Source: Octopus sinensis | Taxonomy: Eukaryota | Length of the DNA: 64,000 nt | Direction of reading: 5' to 3' | Assembly (NCBI RefSeq): GCF_006345805.1 | Contig: NC_043007.1 | Coordinates: 62,000,001-62,064,000, forward strand | Shown here: positions 49,001 to 61,914 of the stretch, in pieces | Numbering within the stretch: position 1 is the first letter of the stretch | Layout: each line of letters opens with the position of its first letter | Position numbers and translations under genes: made by a program | Notes under the pieces: generated by a model | The model's input: only the letters and a program-made list of their open reading frames with translations | Database searches by the model: none | Told to the model about the DNA's origin: nothing

Positions 49001-52000
49001 TATACATACACACACATATAAAATTAAATATATATACACACATGTGCGTGTGTGTGTGCGTGTGTGTGTGTGTGTGGAACTAATTAATTCCATCTTCAGA
49101 GATGAAAAAACTTTTCTTTCAATTTTCAACTAAATTACAATCTAGTTTGTATAATCTGTGATCGTCAAGTATCTTATTCCTGTATAACTACATAGGACTT
49201 TTGCTGCACCTAGTTTAGAAACCTAGTTTGATGCTGTGTACTCTTGTAGAAAGACATCAGATGATGACTGAAGGGCAAACCAATTGAAATGTAAAGTGGA
49301 TGGGAATAATAAAAATATTTTCATTCCCTGAATCCAAGAATCATGTTAATAATCCCAAAACTTATAAGCTTAAGGATATTAAAACTATTATTACTACTAC
49401 TGCTGCTGCTGTTAGTGACCGTATTGCAAAGATGAATAATAATTTTTTTTTATTCATATACTTGATTGATGCAAACTAAATTAAAAAATGTGACACCTTG
49501 TTATGATGGACATTATAAGAATCTTTCAATCTTGCTAGTGCTGACTAACTGAAACAAGTAAGATACTTGGGAAGATGAAATAGCACAGTTAGAGAGCAAA
49601 ATAACTTCTTTCACAAATTTCAGTTTCTAATATCTAATATCAATTTACATTAAAGGCCCAGAGTTCAGCTAATGTTTTATGTGTATATGTATGTGTTTGC
49701 TAGTTAGTAGTTAGAAGAGAAAAATTTCAAAGGGAGACAGATCCATGAAAGCAAGAATGGAGTTCAAAATATTTAGTATGGAGTACTGAAAGTTGGATAC
49801 AATAGGAATAGATGGAAAGTGTTGAAACAGGAACACTGAATGCAGTTAAGGTGAGCACAATATAAAGCTACTGAATTTAGGGAAGTAAAGTTTGTTGTAA
49901 TAGCAAAAAGAGTAAGCGACAGGGAGAAAACAGTTCAAAAACATGATGGTAATAGTGAAGTTTAGCTTTGTGAAAGCTCACTTTTCATGTAAAAGGCTTT
50001 TATTAGAATGCATTCAGAATAGTTTGTACATTTGTAGTGGACTTGGCCAGTTTCTAGTTCATGGCGTAATTCATTCAGCAGTTAAACCTCCAATGCTTTA
50101 TGTGTTTGTGTAGCATACTCAGCTAGTTTTTATTTCATGATGTAATTTAATCAATAATTAAAACCTCCACTGACATATAAGAACATATGAATGGTTGAAG
50201 TAAATAGCCAGCAGACAATCAGATGTTGCTATTTCATATCTTGTCACCTGTACTGTACTATAGACATGACATAATGGGTAGAGGGTAAAGACCCTCTTTG
50301 ATCATAAATGACCATGGGATTGCACCTAGAAAGTCTTCTCCAAGGCACAAGTCTCGGTAGGGTTGTTTATGGAAGACTAGCAGTTGCCCATACATACCAG
50401 CCTCCCCTCTCCACACCACTGATGTTATCCAAAGGAAAGGCAAAGGCCGATACAACTTGGCACCAATGATGTCACAACTCATTTCTACAACTGAGTGAAT
50501 TGGAGCAATGTGAAATAAAGTGTCTTGCTCAAGAGCACAACACATAGCCCAGTCTGAGGATCAAACTCACTACCTCATGATTGTGAGCCCGATGCTCTAA
50601 CCACTGAGCAAGGGCTTTAAATATCGAAGTCCAATTTGATATATATGTAGGCCATGTAACCACACATACATTTCTTGGACTTGTTTCTTTCTCTCCAAAC
50701 CTTTTCTCTCTGATCTTTCTCACAAAGAGCCATGCTTGAAATGTTTATACACCCACTCTTTCTTCCATCTTACACTGAGTGTCACCCTAATACATTCCAT
50801 GTGTACATCTTTTTGACTTATGTTGTTTTGTAATTTTTCATTTTCGATTTGCCCTTTAAAATTGATTTTGTGTTTTGTTAACTGACAATGCTGAGATCAA
50901 CTACTCCTGTACATAGAGATTGTCTTAGAGTTTCTAAATGGAAATGTAACTGCCAATGGTAGCATCACAATCATGTTCTCTTTCTTTCACACTGAAGTGA
51001 AAACTGTCATGACAGCCACCAGATACTACACAATTAAAACTGTCAATAATGAACTCATAATTTAAATTATAATCAAATATCCTTCTTTTCAATTTTTATT
51101 ACATCTTTTAACTCCAGTTATAATGTAAAGTGTATATGAATTTTTTTACATTTTTAACTTGTTATAAAGAGACTATATGCATTTTATAACATTTTTAATT
51201 CCAACTGTATATGGGATTTCTTTTTTTACAATTTTAACTTCAGTTATTATGTAGGATGTATATGGTTTTTATTTTAGCTTTATTTAATATATATTTTCAA
51301 TTCCAGTTATTTTGAAGGATATATATGTGCTTGCTTGGAACTTTTTAAATTGTTACTAGTAGGCTACTGGTATTAAAAGGAGATACAAAAATACAACGGT
51401 TTTTGTCTACTTTTAAAAAGAAAGATTCATTCGTAACCATACAGCAAAGTAACTATGTTTATTTTATAACCATCATACATCTTTGTTTCATTAACTGATC
51501 TATACCAAATTAGGTTTCCATTGGTTTTAATTTAAATGTATATATCAAGGAACACTAAAAACAGAAAATGATTTTAAAAAATTGAATATATTCAAATGGC
51601 TACTTGATAATTCTAATGTTGTTCAGAGCAGAAAATACAACCAGCATAGAAATGGTAAATGAATGAATAAATAAATGTATGTAAATAATAAAACATGGTA
51701 CTGAATCTGTAACATTTTGAAGAAGATATTAGATATAGGAAAAATTAGTTCAATCCCATTTTATAGCAGACAGATTTACATTTCATCTACACGAAAGTTA
51801 AAATTCTCTCAGATCAAAAAAAAAAAAAAAAACAAGAAAAGAAAACAAACTCCTAACTGGTTCAATACCTCAATGTTTGTTTAACCCTTTAGCATTTAAA
51901 CTGATCAAATACTTTATGTTCAAACTGGTCAAATCCAGCCTCTCACACCTATCTAACAATGTCATTTCTTAAAATAAATGATCCCATCTTAAAGCTATGA

Positions 52001-52208
52001 GATAATCCATGATGAACTCAAGAGAATGTGAATAAATATGTATTACACTTGACAGAATAATTTGAATGCTAAAGAGTTAAACAAAATCAAAATTGTCAGG
52101 TGAGAAACTTCTAATGTTAGTAATAGGACAGTCTGGTTACAGAAAAGATGAAATAGTAAGGAAGAAGGATTAAAAAAAGGAAAAATTTATTCCTGTCTCA
52201 TGGAATAC

Positions 52209-52295
52209 CTTCTCTCTGTTGAATTGGCATATGTGGTTATCAAGGGTTTCTCACTGTTCTTCAGTTGAAGCAAAGTTTCAAACAGCAGTCCAACA
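52209..52295 (-). CDS. ABCD4: ABCD4 exon
   Basis: (R)VGLLFETLLQLKNSEKPLITTYANSTER; homologous to vertebrate RIGQLRETLL. Confidence 0.9.
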
Positions 52296-52944
52296 CTGTA
52301 ATATCAGAAATATTTTTTTTTAACCAATTACCATCCACAACCACCACCATCATCATCATCATTGACATTATCATCATTATTTTAATGTCCACTTGTCCAT
52401 GCTTACATGCTTCAGACAGAATTAGATGAGGTAGATTTCATATAGCCTGAGGCCCTTCCTGTTGCCAACGCATACCTGTTTCTATTGGAAACAAATAGTC
52501 CAGACATAGCTACATGGTGAACTAGAAACAAACAACACTTCAAATAGTTTCGATCTTCCTTCCAAAATCAAGTCATCTGCTGATCTTGACACTGTAATTG
52601 GTGAGGAGTTATCTCCCTGCTGGCAACACAAACAAGCGATACAAGTTTTTCTCATGCTATCTACCACAGTAAAGTTTATTCTAACGGAACATCCACATTT
52701 AAGTGGGGATAAATTTAACCTCTCAGTATGAGCACTGCCTCTGTTGCTAGTATATAACTGACATTGTATTTCCATGTCAGTGAGTGTTATCTTTTTTGTA
52801 CATTGGCTAATAGTTAAACTTAAGACTTTTTCATAAAGTAGGTGCAGGTATGGATATGTGGTTAAGAAATTCACTTCCCAACCACATTCAACTAAAAATG
52901 CTTCATGGCAGTGCCCCAGCATAGCTGCAGTCTAATGACTGAAC

Positions 52945-53210
52945 AAGTGGTGAAGATGATGATGGTAGTGAAGACGATGATGATGATGATAATGGTAGCG
53001 AAGGTGATGGTGTTGATGACGATATTGGTAAAGATAATAGCTGACAATGGTTGTGGTGATACTGATTATGATGATAGTGGTGATGGTGGTGGTGGTGGCA
53101 ATGATAACAATGGTAGTGATAATGCTGATAGTGACTATGATCATGGTGGTGGTAGTGATGATGAAGATAACAATGATGACAAGAATGACAGGGGCAGTAA
53201 TGATGATAAA
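52945..53210. repeat. Degenerate (ATG/GGT)n trinucleotide low-complexity tract
   Basis: Direct reading. Confidence 0.9.
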
Positions 53211-53349
53211 TGATTTAAGCGTGACTGTATGTAGTATAATAGATTACAAATATAAAAGAATATTTAGCTTATATAATTCAATGTAAGCAAAAGATGGGTT
53301 TCATATGAAACAAAAAAAAAATACAGCAACAATTAGAAATGTTTCTCAC

Positions 53350-53441
53350 CGGTGAGCAAGACCAGCTGTCGTAGCAGCATTCACGGACAAATCAATTAGC
53401 CTGGTGAAGTTGTTTATTAAATATATTATAATGAAGGCATT
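53350..53441 (-). CDS. ABCD4: ABCD4 exon
   Basis: NAFIIIYLINNFTRLIDLSVNAATTAGLAHR; homologous to NAFVCIYLISCFTQLIDLS. Confidence 0.95.
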
Positions 53442-54713
53442 CTGAAAAAAAAAAAAATAGATATGTAAAATTATATACAGGTGCAGGCATAGCTATCATC
53501 ATCATCATCATTTAACGTCTGTTTTCCATGCTAGCATGGGTTGGACGGTTCAACTGGGGTCTGGGAGGCCAGAAGGCTGCGCCAGGCCCAGTCTGATCTG
53601 GCAGTATTTCTACAGCCGGATGCCCTTCCTAACGCCAACCACTCTGTGAGTGTAGTGGGTGCTTTTTACATGCCGCCTGCACAGGGGCCAGAGCAGGCTG
53701 GCAAACGGCCACGATCGGATGGTGCTTTTTACGTGCCACCAGCACGGAGGCCAGTGGTTAAGAAGTTTACTTCCAAGCTTCAAAGCTTTGGGTTGAATCT
53801 CACTGCATTGCATCTTGAGTAACTGTCTTCTTCTATAGCCCCAGGCTGACCAAAGCCTTGTAAGTGGATTAGGAAGATGGAAACTAGAAGACATTCATTG
53901 TGTATATGTGTATGAAGGTGTATGGCTCAGTGGTTAAAAGACCAGGCTGACAACCATGAGGCTGTGAGTCCAATTCCTGGACCAGATTGTGTGTTGTGCT
54001 CTCAAGCAAGACACTTTATTTTACATTGTTCCAGCTCACTCATCTTTAGAAATGTATCTGCCTTTGCTTTTCCCTTAAATAATATCAGTGACATGGAGAG
54101 GGGGGGATGGTATGCATGGGCGATTGCTGGTCTTCCATAAAAACAACCTTGCCCAGACATGTGCCTAGGAAAGGAACTTTCTAGGTGCAATTCCATGGTC
54201 ATTCATGACCGAAGGGGGTCCTATATATATATATATATATATATACATATATACACACACACACACACATACACACATACACGTATATGGTTCAAATGTA
54301 CAGGAAACGAAAGACAGAGACAAGCGAGGGAATAACAAGCAGATGTATTAGTTTGACACTAGAGGAAAATGGATGTCTTTGACATTTTGAGCCTACATTC
54401 TATGAAAAAAAGGGATGATAGGGAAAAAATGGAGAGTGATAAAAAAAATGTGTTGGGTTTAATGGTTTCACATGTTGAATTGACCAGAAGAAATAAGCCA
54501 TTGGAAGGGGAGATAACAGTGACCAGCCCAAACTGGGATGTGTAAGCACATGTGTATGTGAGAATGGCATGTGTGAGTGTATGTGTGTATGAATATGTAC
54601 CCGAGCATAAGATTATGTGAGCCTGTGTATGTGTATGGAAGCATGTGTGTGTAGATGTATAAGTAAACAAATATGTGCGCTGTGTAAAGTGATGTGCGTT
54701 CCACGTAATTGTA

Positions 54714-54756
<43 letters not shown>

Positions 54757-54805
54757 CACAGCGCTATGTACTGACAGGGGAGATAACTGCTCCACTGTAA
54801 GCAAG

Positions 54806-54851
54806 GTCACTATACTAGCTAGCTAGTTTCACTTAGCTCATCAGTAGTAAC
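54806..54851 (-). ncRNA. Minimal type-I hammerhead ribozyme in an ABCD4 intron (sense strand)
   Basis: GTTACTA-CTGATGA-GCTAAGT-GAAA-CTAGCTAGCTAG-TA-TAGTGAC: 7 bp stem I, intact core, palindromic stem III, GTA triplet. Confidence 0.8.
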
Positions 54852-54858
54852 TTCCCCG

Positions 54859-54913
<55 letters not shown>

Positions 54914-56519
54914 TTATTCTTTTACATGTTTCAGTCATTTGACTGTGGCCATGCTGGAGCATTGTCTTTAGTTGAGCAAATCGACTCCAGCACTAATTCT
55001 TTGTAAGCTTAGTATTTACTCTATCGGTTTCTTTTGCCAAGCTGCTAAGTTACAGGAATGTAAACACACCAACATCAGTTGTCAAGCGATGGTGGGGAGG
55101 ATAGACAGAGACACACAAACATATACACGTATATATACATATATATAAAACGGGCTTCTTTCAGTTTCCGTCTCCCAAATCCATTCACAACGCTTTGGCC
55201 AATCCGAAGCTATAGTAGAAGACACTTGCCAATGTACCACACAGTGGGATTGAACCTGGAACCAGGTTATATATATATATAACGAGCAAAACGCCAGCCA
55301 TTCAATGGACAGTGCTGAATCATATCTGCTGAATAAAAAGCAATCAGTGTTTTCTTTTCATTAAAAAATAACAAAGCATGCCTTTATTCCAATAAAATTT
55401 TTGGTTTTGTTAAACAAAGTGAAGGTAAAAAAAAAACTTCTTGAGAAACCAAATAGTCTTTCCTTCCTTCATGCCAAGAAAATTGAAGAAAATATCTCTT
55501 TTGCATCTTACTTTTTTAGTCTCATAAATATACTGCATTTTGTGGCATTATTTCAAGCCAGTCGGCTTATTTTGTGCAAACTGCACGTGCATTTTTCTCA
55601 CGTACGTGTAGTATCGATTGCAACAGCTGATGTACTTGTGCGTACAAATGCATGTTTCCATGGCTTTATCAATCGCATTCTCACCTGGAATCGATTTTTG
55701 CAATTTTTCAAGACTTATACACGCCCTGGCTTGTAACAACTGACATGCTGAACTACAGCCAAATAAACCTTTCTAGAAACTCCATTGGGCACCAACCACT
55801 TTACAGAGTGTGCTGGATACTTTTTATGAGCTACATGTACTGGTGCTTTTAGGTGTAAGCAAAAGATGGTTTGACATAAAAATAATTTTTAAAAATTAAA
55901 AAACAGACACAATGGCAATTTCAGACCTTACAATTACAACAGTTAATCGTTTGTGTCATCATAAACAAAGCATATCTGTTTGCCTAAGTCCTCTGCATAA
56001 CAATTTCCACTTATATTTCATAATTGAGGAATCAGCAACAGGCAGTATTTCTAGCTCTATAAGCATTGGCTTCATTAAGTATCTATACTTTACAAAAAGA
56101 AAAAAAAAGAAATAATAATAAAAAGCAACATGTTAACTATAATGTTAACTATTATAAGATGTTATAGTTAACATGTTGCTTTATATTATTTTTTTTTGTT
56201 AACTATTATAAAATATTGTGAAGGCACATCATGACTCAGTGGTTAGAGTGGTGGGCTCATAATCATGAGGTAGTGAGTTCAATTCTCGGATCAGGCTGTG
56301 TTGTGTTCTTGAGGAAGACACTATTTCACATTGCTCCAGTTCACTCAGCTGTAGAAATGAGCTGCGACATCACTGGTATCAAGCTGTATCAGACTTTGCC
56401 TTTCCCTTGGATAACACTGGTGGAGTGGAGAGGAGAGGCTTGTGCCTTGGAGGATAACTTTCTAGGTGCAATTCCATGGTCATTCATGACCAGTGGGAAG
56501 TCCTTTTTTTTATAAGACA

Positions 56520-57042
56520 CTAGCAGCATAGCCCGGCATTGCCCGGGTATGTAAGAGCCCCTGGAGCAGACACGATGCTCGCTGTGAATTAAAAAATAAT
56601 TCCTGCCAATTTGTGAAAGATATTGTTGAAAATATTTCTTCTTGAATTTGAACGCGATTTCCCAAAATGGCATGATTTTATCGATTTTTTCTAATGGTAA
56701 GGTATTGCATGGAAAACTAACATCAGAATTAAGTTTGTTAGGGTAACATTAAGCTTCACAATGAGTTTGGTGAAAATTGATTGCAAGTTGCGAAAACTAC
56801 AACAGAAAATGTGTTGCATATAAAAAGCTTAGATTATCGACCCCATGTCGAATTTATCAATTTTTTTCAGAACTGGGGGAACTTTTCAAAATTTTCTCTG
56901 CGTTAGTTTTGAATTATGACATTGGGCTATGTGTGTGTCAAGTTTCATCAGAATCGGTTGAAAGCCGTGGTCAGGGTGAGGGTACAACCTGACAGACACA
57001 CAGACACACAGACAGACAAACTGCCGTTTATATATTATAAGA
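56520..57042 (-). mobile_element. Non-autonomous Helitron-like element
   Basis: Minus strand 5' TC-ttataatatataaa; 3' hairpin (cccggcattgcccggg on plus) then CTAG; internal (ACAG)n. Confidence 0.65.
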
Positions 57043-57081
57043 CATATCTGCCCATCCATTTTTATGCTAGAAAGTCTACAT

Positions 57082-57334
57082 CAGTGTTTCTCAACCACTT
57101 TTTACCTATGTACTCCTTTGATTTCTATTTTACTTGGACATATCCTCCTAGCCATCCAATGTTTTAAAAAATCATATTTTTTTATAATTAAATATTAGTA
57201 AGAATTGTATAAACAAAACAGTTAAAATATTTTGTGCATTGTAGAAATATAACCAATTTATTACATATAAACTATAGTAACAAATTCTCATGTGGAACCC
57301 CAAGAGCCATATGGACCCTTGTTGAGAATCAATG
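57082..57334. mobile_element. hAT (Buster-type) MITE
   Basis: TIRs cagtgtttctcaac / gttgagaatcaatg; perfect 8 bp TSD gtctacat. Confidence 0.85.
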
Positions 57335-57589
57335 GTCTACATAGATGCTCCTTTCAAGAATGTATACATTCTTTTATATCTGTTGGAATCTAGCTATTTT
57401 TTAAAAATATTATTTTAACATTTGTACTTTTTGTAAAATTAGTTCCATTTTCTGTAGTAGTGGCTTCAGGCAGCATTTTCAATGACTTACATTTATCAAA
57501 TTATCCAGTTAAAAAAAAAAAATAGAAGCAGCAACAGTAATAACAAGTATGAAACAAAGGAAAAGGAAATTGTTTTTTTTTTAACATAC

Positions 57590-57711
57590 CTTACTTATGA
57601 CTGAAGATAATTCTGCAGCAGACAAGTCATTATACAAACCAGCAAATATTGGAATGGCAAGAATGATATAATTTAGTATTACACCAATATAGTCCGACAT
57701 CTTGACAAAAA
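57590..57711 (-). CDS. ABCD4: ABCD4 exon (transmembrane domain)
   Basis: FFVKMSDYIGVILNYIILAIPIFAGLYNDLSAAELSSVISK. Confidence 0.95.
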
Positions 57712-58180
57712 CTGGAAAAAATTAAAATATTTGTCACATAGTTTCACTGGTTGTGCATGCATTCTGTTTTATGTTCAAGCATTGGAGGGCTGGACCTAGA
57801 GTCTTTTATACAGAATACATGGTGAAAAAATGTGTAACTTGGTGAACAGTGGATTTAATTTGGGTAGCTCATTAATGTGCATATGTAACTTGCTGGCCTT
57901 GTGCTTAAATTTGGTAACTTGCTGGCCTTGTGCCAAAATGTGAAACCAATATATTATAATCTGAAAAGTGGAAGCACATGGCTTAGTGGTTAGGGCATTG
58001 GACTCACGATCGTAAAATTGTGGTTTTGCTTCCTGAACCGATTGATGTGTTGTGTTTTTGAGCAAAACACTTCATTTCATGTTGCTCCAGTACAATCAGA
58101 TGGCAAACTTGAGTAATCTTGTGATGGCTGGTATCTCATCCAGGTGGGGAATTTATATGCCAAAGAAACTGGGAAACCAG

Positions 58181-58245
<65 letters not shown>

Positions 58246-59029
58246 ATGTGTGTGATAGATACTGAAAAGAATCACCATCATTGTCACTGTCTTTTAACAA
58301 CCAGCTTCCATGCTGGGATGATTTGATAGAATCCAAGACATCCAACAGCTCTGGAAATGGCATCATGCTCCAATGTCTGCTTTGGCATGGTTTCTACAGC
58401 TGGACATCTTTTCTGGTACTAACCTCATTACAGAGAATAATCAGTGCTTTTTCATGGCAACAGCTCTAGTGAGGTCACCATGTTGTTTGCAAGACTAAGA
58501 TACCAGTCAATTGTAAAGTGGTTAGTATTAGGAAAGGCTTTCAGTTGTGTTAACCATGCCAAAACAGACATTCAAGCATGACACATCCTATCAAACTGTC
58601 CAATCAATGTTAGCATGGCACATGGATGCTAAAAGATGATTTATTCATGACTGACCACAACTCTACCTGTGTTCATCACTCATTCTATTAACCTCTATTC
58701 CCATCTCTATTCATCTACCAGTCTCCTTTCAAACTTCCATGAACTTACTTACCTACCCATAGGTGCAGGTACGGCTGTGTGGTAAGCTTGATTCCCAACC
58801 ACATGGTTCCAGGTTCAGTCCCACTCCTTGGCACTTTGAGCAAGTGTCTACTATAACCTTAGGCTAACCAAAGCCTTATGAGTGGATCTGGTACTCAGAA
58901 ACTGAAAGAAGCCTGTCATATATATATATATATACACACATACATATGGTTCTAGATAATTTGACTCCCTGTATCATTTCAGTCACCTATTTGGTTGTTT
59001 ATTTACAGAGTAATTTAGTTAACTGAAAG

Positions 59030-59640
59030 TATCATTTTGGTCATCCATTCAGGTGTTTTGTTTACAGGTTTACCCATGATCCATCCCTGTCTCATTTGTT
59101 ACTTAAAACGAAAATATGCATACACCATGCCTCATGTTTTTAACAGTAGCTGTGGAAGGAAGAAATCTGCAGATGACAAGAATTATATATATGAAGCACA
59201 GAAACAAAATGCCAATAGATCTATCTGACTTCTGGAATGCGAAATTAAGTAAAACACTAGGCAGGTGATGGAACTTCTAAGTGCTCCTCAACAATATTTT
59301 ATCATGCTTCATATTCAAGTGGGTTCATTCAGTGTTCTACAATTGTTTGCATTACTTCCAAACAAGAATCAAGAAACTTACACCCACCTTTTTAATAAGC
59401 TAAATGAATTACATCAAGGACTGAGCCCTGAAAAAATTATGATGGATTTTGAAAAAGCTCACATTAATAGAATTTTATCTGTGTTTTCTAGAGCTTCCAT
59501 CTCTAATAGTTTTTTTTCATCTATCTCAAAGTGTACAGAAAAGTATGTGAATTTGGCTTTAAGGAAAGATACCACCATGATAATGAGTTTAGCATTAAAA
59601 TCTGATGCTTTTCAGCACTGGATTTTTTACCTCTACATAG
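59030..59640 (+). mobile_element. MULE (Mutator-like) transposase remnant
   Basis: DGT.K, LFALLPNKNQETY, IMMDFEKA, then degenerate CFFH; frameshifted. Confidence 0.75.
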
Positions 59641-61498
59641 GATGCACACAAGGTAGAGGAATTAAACAATGAAGAATAAAAAAAAATATGGTGACCAGTG
59701 CTAGTACAAGGTCCACTGTGGCATCATGGAATCATCTGCCCTAACACATCTTCATTACATCTTTTTTGTCTTTTCTAAGACACTTGTTACTGTCCCTCTA
59801 TCACATTTTATCCTCTCATCATCAGACATAAAGCCATCTCTCTCAATATCACTCCTCCCTCAGTTGAAAGATCTTCATCTTGCAAGTTACTTGGGGACCT
59901 CACTGTTGCTGATACTACAAAAAAAATTACCCAATATGCTCTGTAAAATTGTTGGTATTAGAAACCATGCTAAAGCATGGAACTTTATGCAGTCCTGTTG
60001 CTTGCCAGCTCCAGTCAAATCATCCAGCACATACTAACACAGAAAACAGACATCAAATGATGATAAAATCTATATATACATTTTTATATTTGACAGCTTA
60101 TGAATATATGATGATTACTAGGGAAATATATCCATCTGCATATTTTGTTTGTCTTGTTTTATATTAATAACAAACTGGAATATGCATGGTTGTGTTGGCA
60201 AAAACTTTTGCTTCTCAGCCACAGTTTCAAATTCAGGCCCACAGTATGAACCTACGATAAGTGTTTTCTATTATAGCCCTAGGCCAACCAAACAACCAAA
60301 TATATACCTATATATGCATGTGTTTGCATTTCTGTCTGTCTTGATATCACATAACAGCTGTAAGTATATGCTACAGTCATACAAGCAGTGTTATTCATTT
60401 CTTATCATTTAGACAGGGGGAAAATTAGCTTACTTGGAAATAGGTGAAGGTTGGTAACTGGAATGGCAGCTGCAACAAATCCCATCTGACTCATGCAAGC
60501 ATGAGAAAGTAGACATAAAAACAATGATGATGATGGGGGTGGTGATCATGAACATATCAAGATATAGAGTTCTCCTGATACTAGAGACCATGAATTATTA
60601 CCTACATAATTCACGGAATATCATTACTGCATTACTATTACTTACTGACACACAACATTACTATCTTCTTCATATTCTATTGTTTTACTGTGTTGCATTT
60701 ATATTAAAGATTGTTGGCATTGCAACACAGATTTCAGTTTTAAAGGACCCTTGATGTTGCAGCTATTTTCAAAAGCTAATCATGATCTTAGATTGTAAAA
60801 GGCCCTTATTCATATTCTAGCAATTTTGAACAATTAATCCAGGTTTGGTGTTCAAAAGGACCCACTGATGATGCATTTATTCTAAAAAAATCAAGGTTTT
60901 AAGTTATAAGAGGCTCTATTGATGTAAGGCACCCTACTACTGTTGCAGCCTTATTGAATAATTATCACAGTTTTATGTTGTAAAGGGCCTCACTGATGCT
61001 GTAGCCTTTCTCAACAGTTAATACTGGTATTTCTGAGAGCTGCAGTCAAATGAAAAATCTAACTGAATTGGGTCACTAAATTCATTGTTAATGTGATTCC
61101 AGAATTGAGTTTTGTTTATTGTCTAGTCAGAAGGAGGTGTACAGCAACTCTTGTAAACTTCTATTTCTATCATCCCATAAAAAAAGTAACTATGAAGTTA
61201 AATGCAGCTGATAGTTAACTTGACCTTCTCGGTAGAAGGCAGAGAAAAAGGATAGAGTAAGAGAGAAGTTTCTATAGGACTGTTGTTCTTAAGAAGATTG
61301 AGAAAAAAATGCATGCAACAATGTCAAAGTAGTGAAACATCATCATCATCTATGTCACAGTGTTTACCAAGATTCCATACCAAGTTGAGGGTGGAACATC
61401 CAAGGCATTAGAATCACCAATTGTCTACACCCATGTTCACTCGAGTGGGGGCAGAGAATTAAGCTCATCAACAACAACATTAGCAACATCATACTTAC

Positions 61499-61644
61499 AA
61501 TTGAGTAAATAATTCTTCTGTGCAACTCTGTACTGACTTCGTAAGAGATCAAATAATATATTGTTTGATTTTAAACATTCAGTTGAACCTGATTGGTAAA
61601 AGGCCATTGGTTCAGAATTGACTCTTATCTGCATGTGTTTAAAC
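61499..61644 (-). CDS. ABCD4: ABCD4 exon (EAA-like loop); most 5' exon found in the window
   Basis: RFKHMQIRVNSEPMAFYQSGSTECLKSNNILFDLLRSQYRVAQKNYLLN, matching vertebrate RFKHMQIRVNAEPAAFY. No upstream exon found at 61645-64000. Confidence 0.96.
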
Positions 61645-61914
61645 CTGGTTAGAAAATACGCCAATATTTCATTCAAATAAGAACTTTAATTTAGTTGGGT
61701 GGGGGTTGTATAATTCTTATTTTCATGCCAATATTTATATATAAAACAAAGGAATGGATTCAATGTATAACTCTGAAACATAAATACATCTAAATGAAAA
61801 AAAAAAAATTAACTATTCTTACTAAATTCAATTCAAAGAATATTTATGACATCTTAGAGCATATGGCTTTATTTGATATAAGAATTATATTTCTAGTCTC
61901 ACACTAAAACATCA

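Noticed and set aside
54378-54410. Possible second, CpG-decayed hammerhead (minus ...GGCTCAAAATGTC)
   Set aside because: Too degenerate to support without a family consensus.
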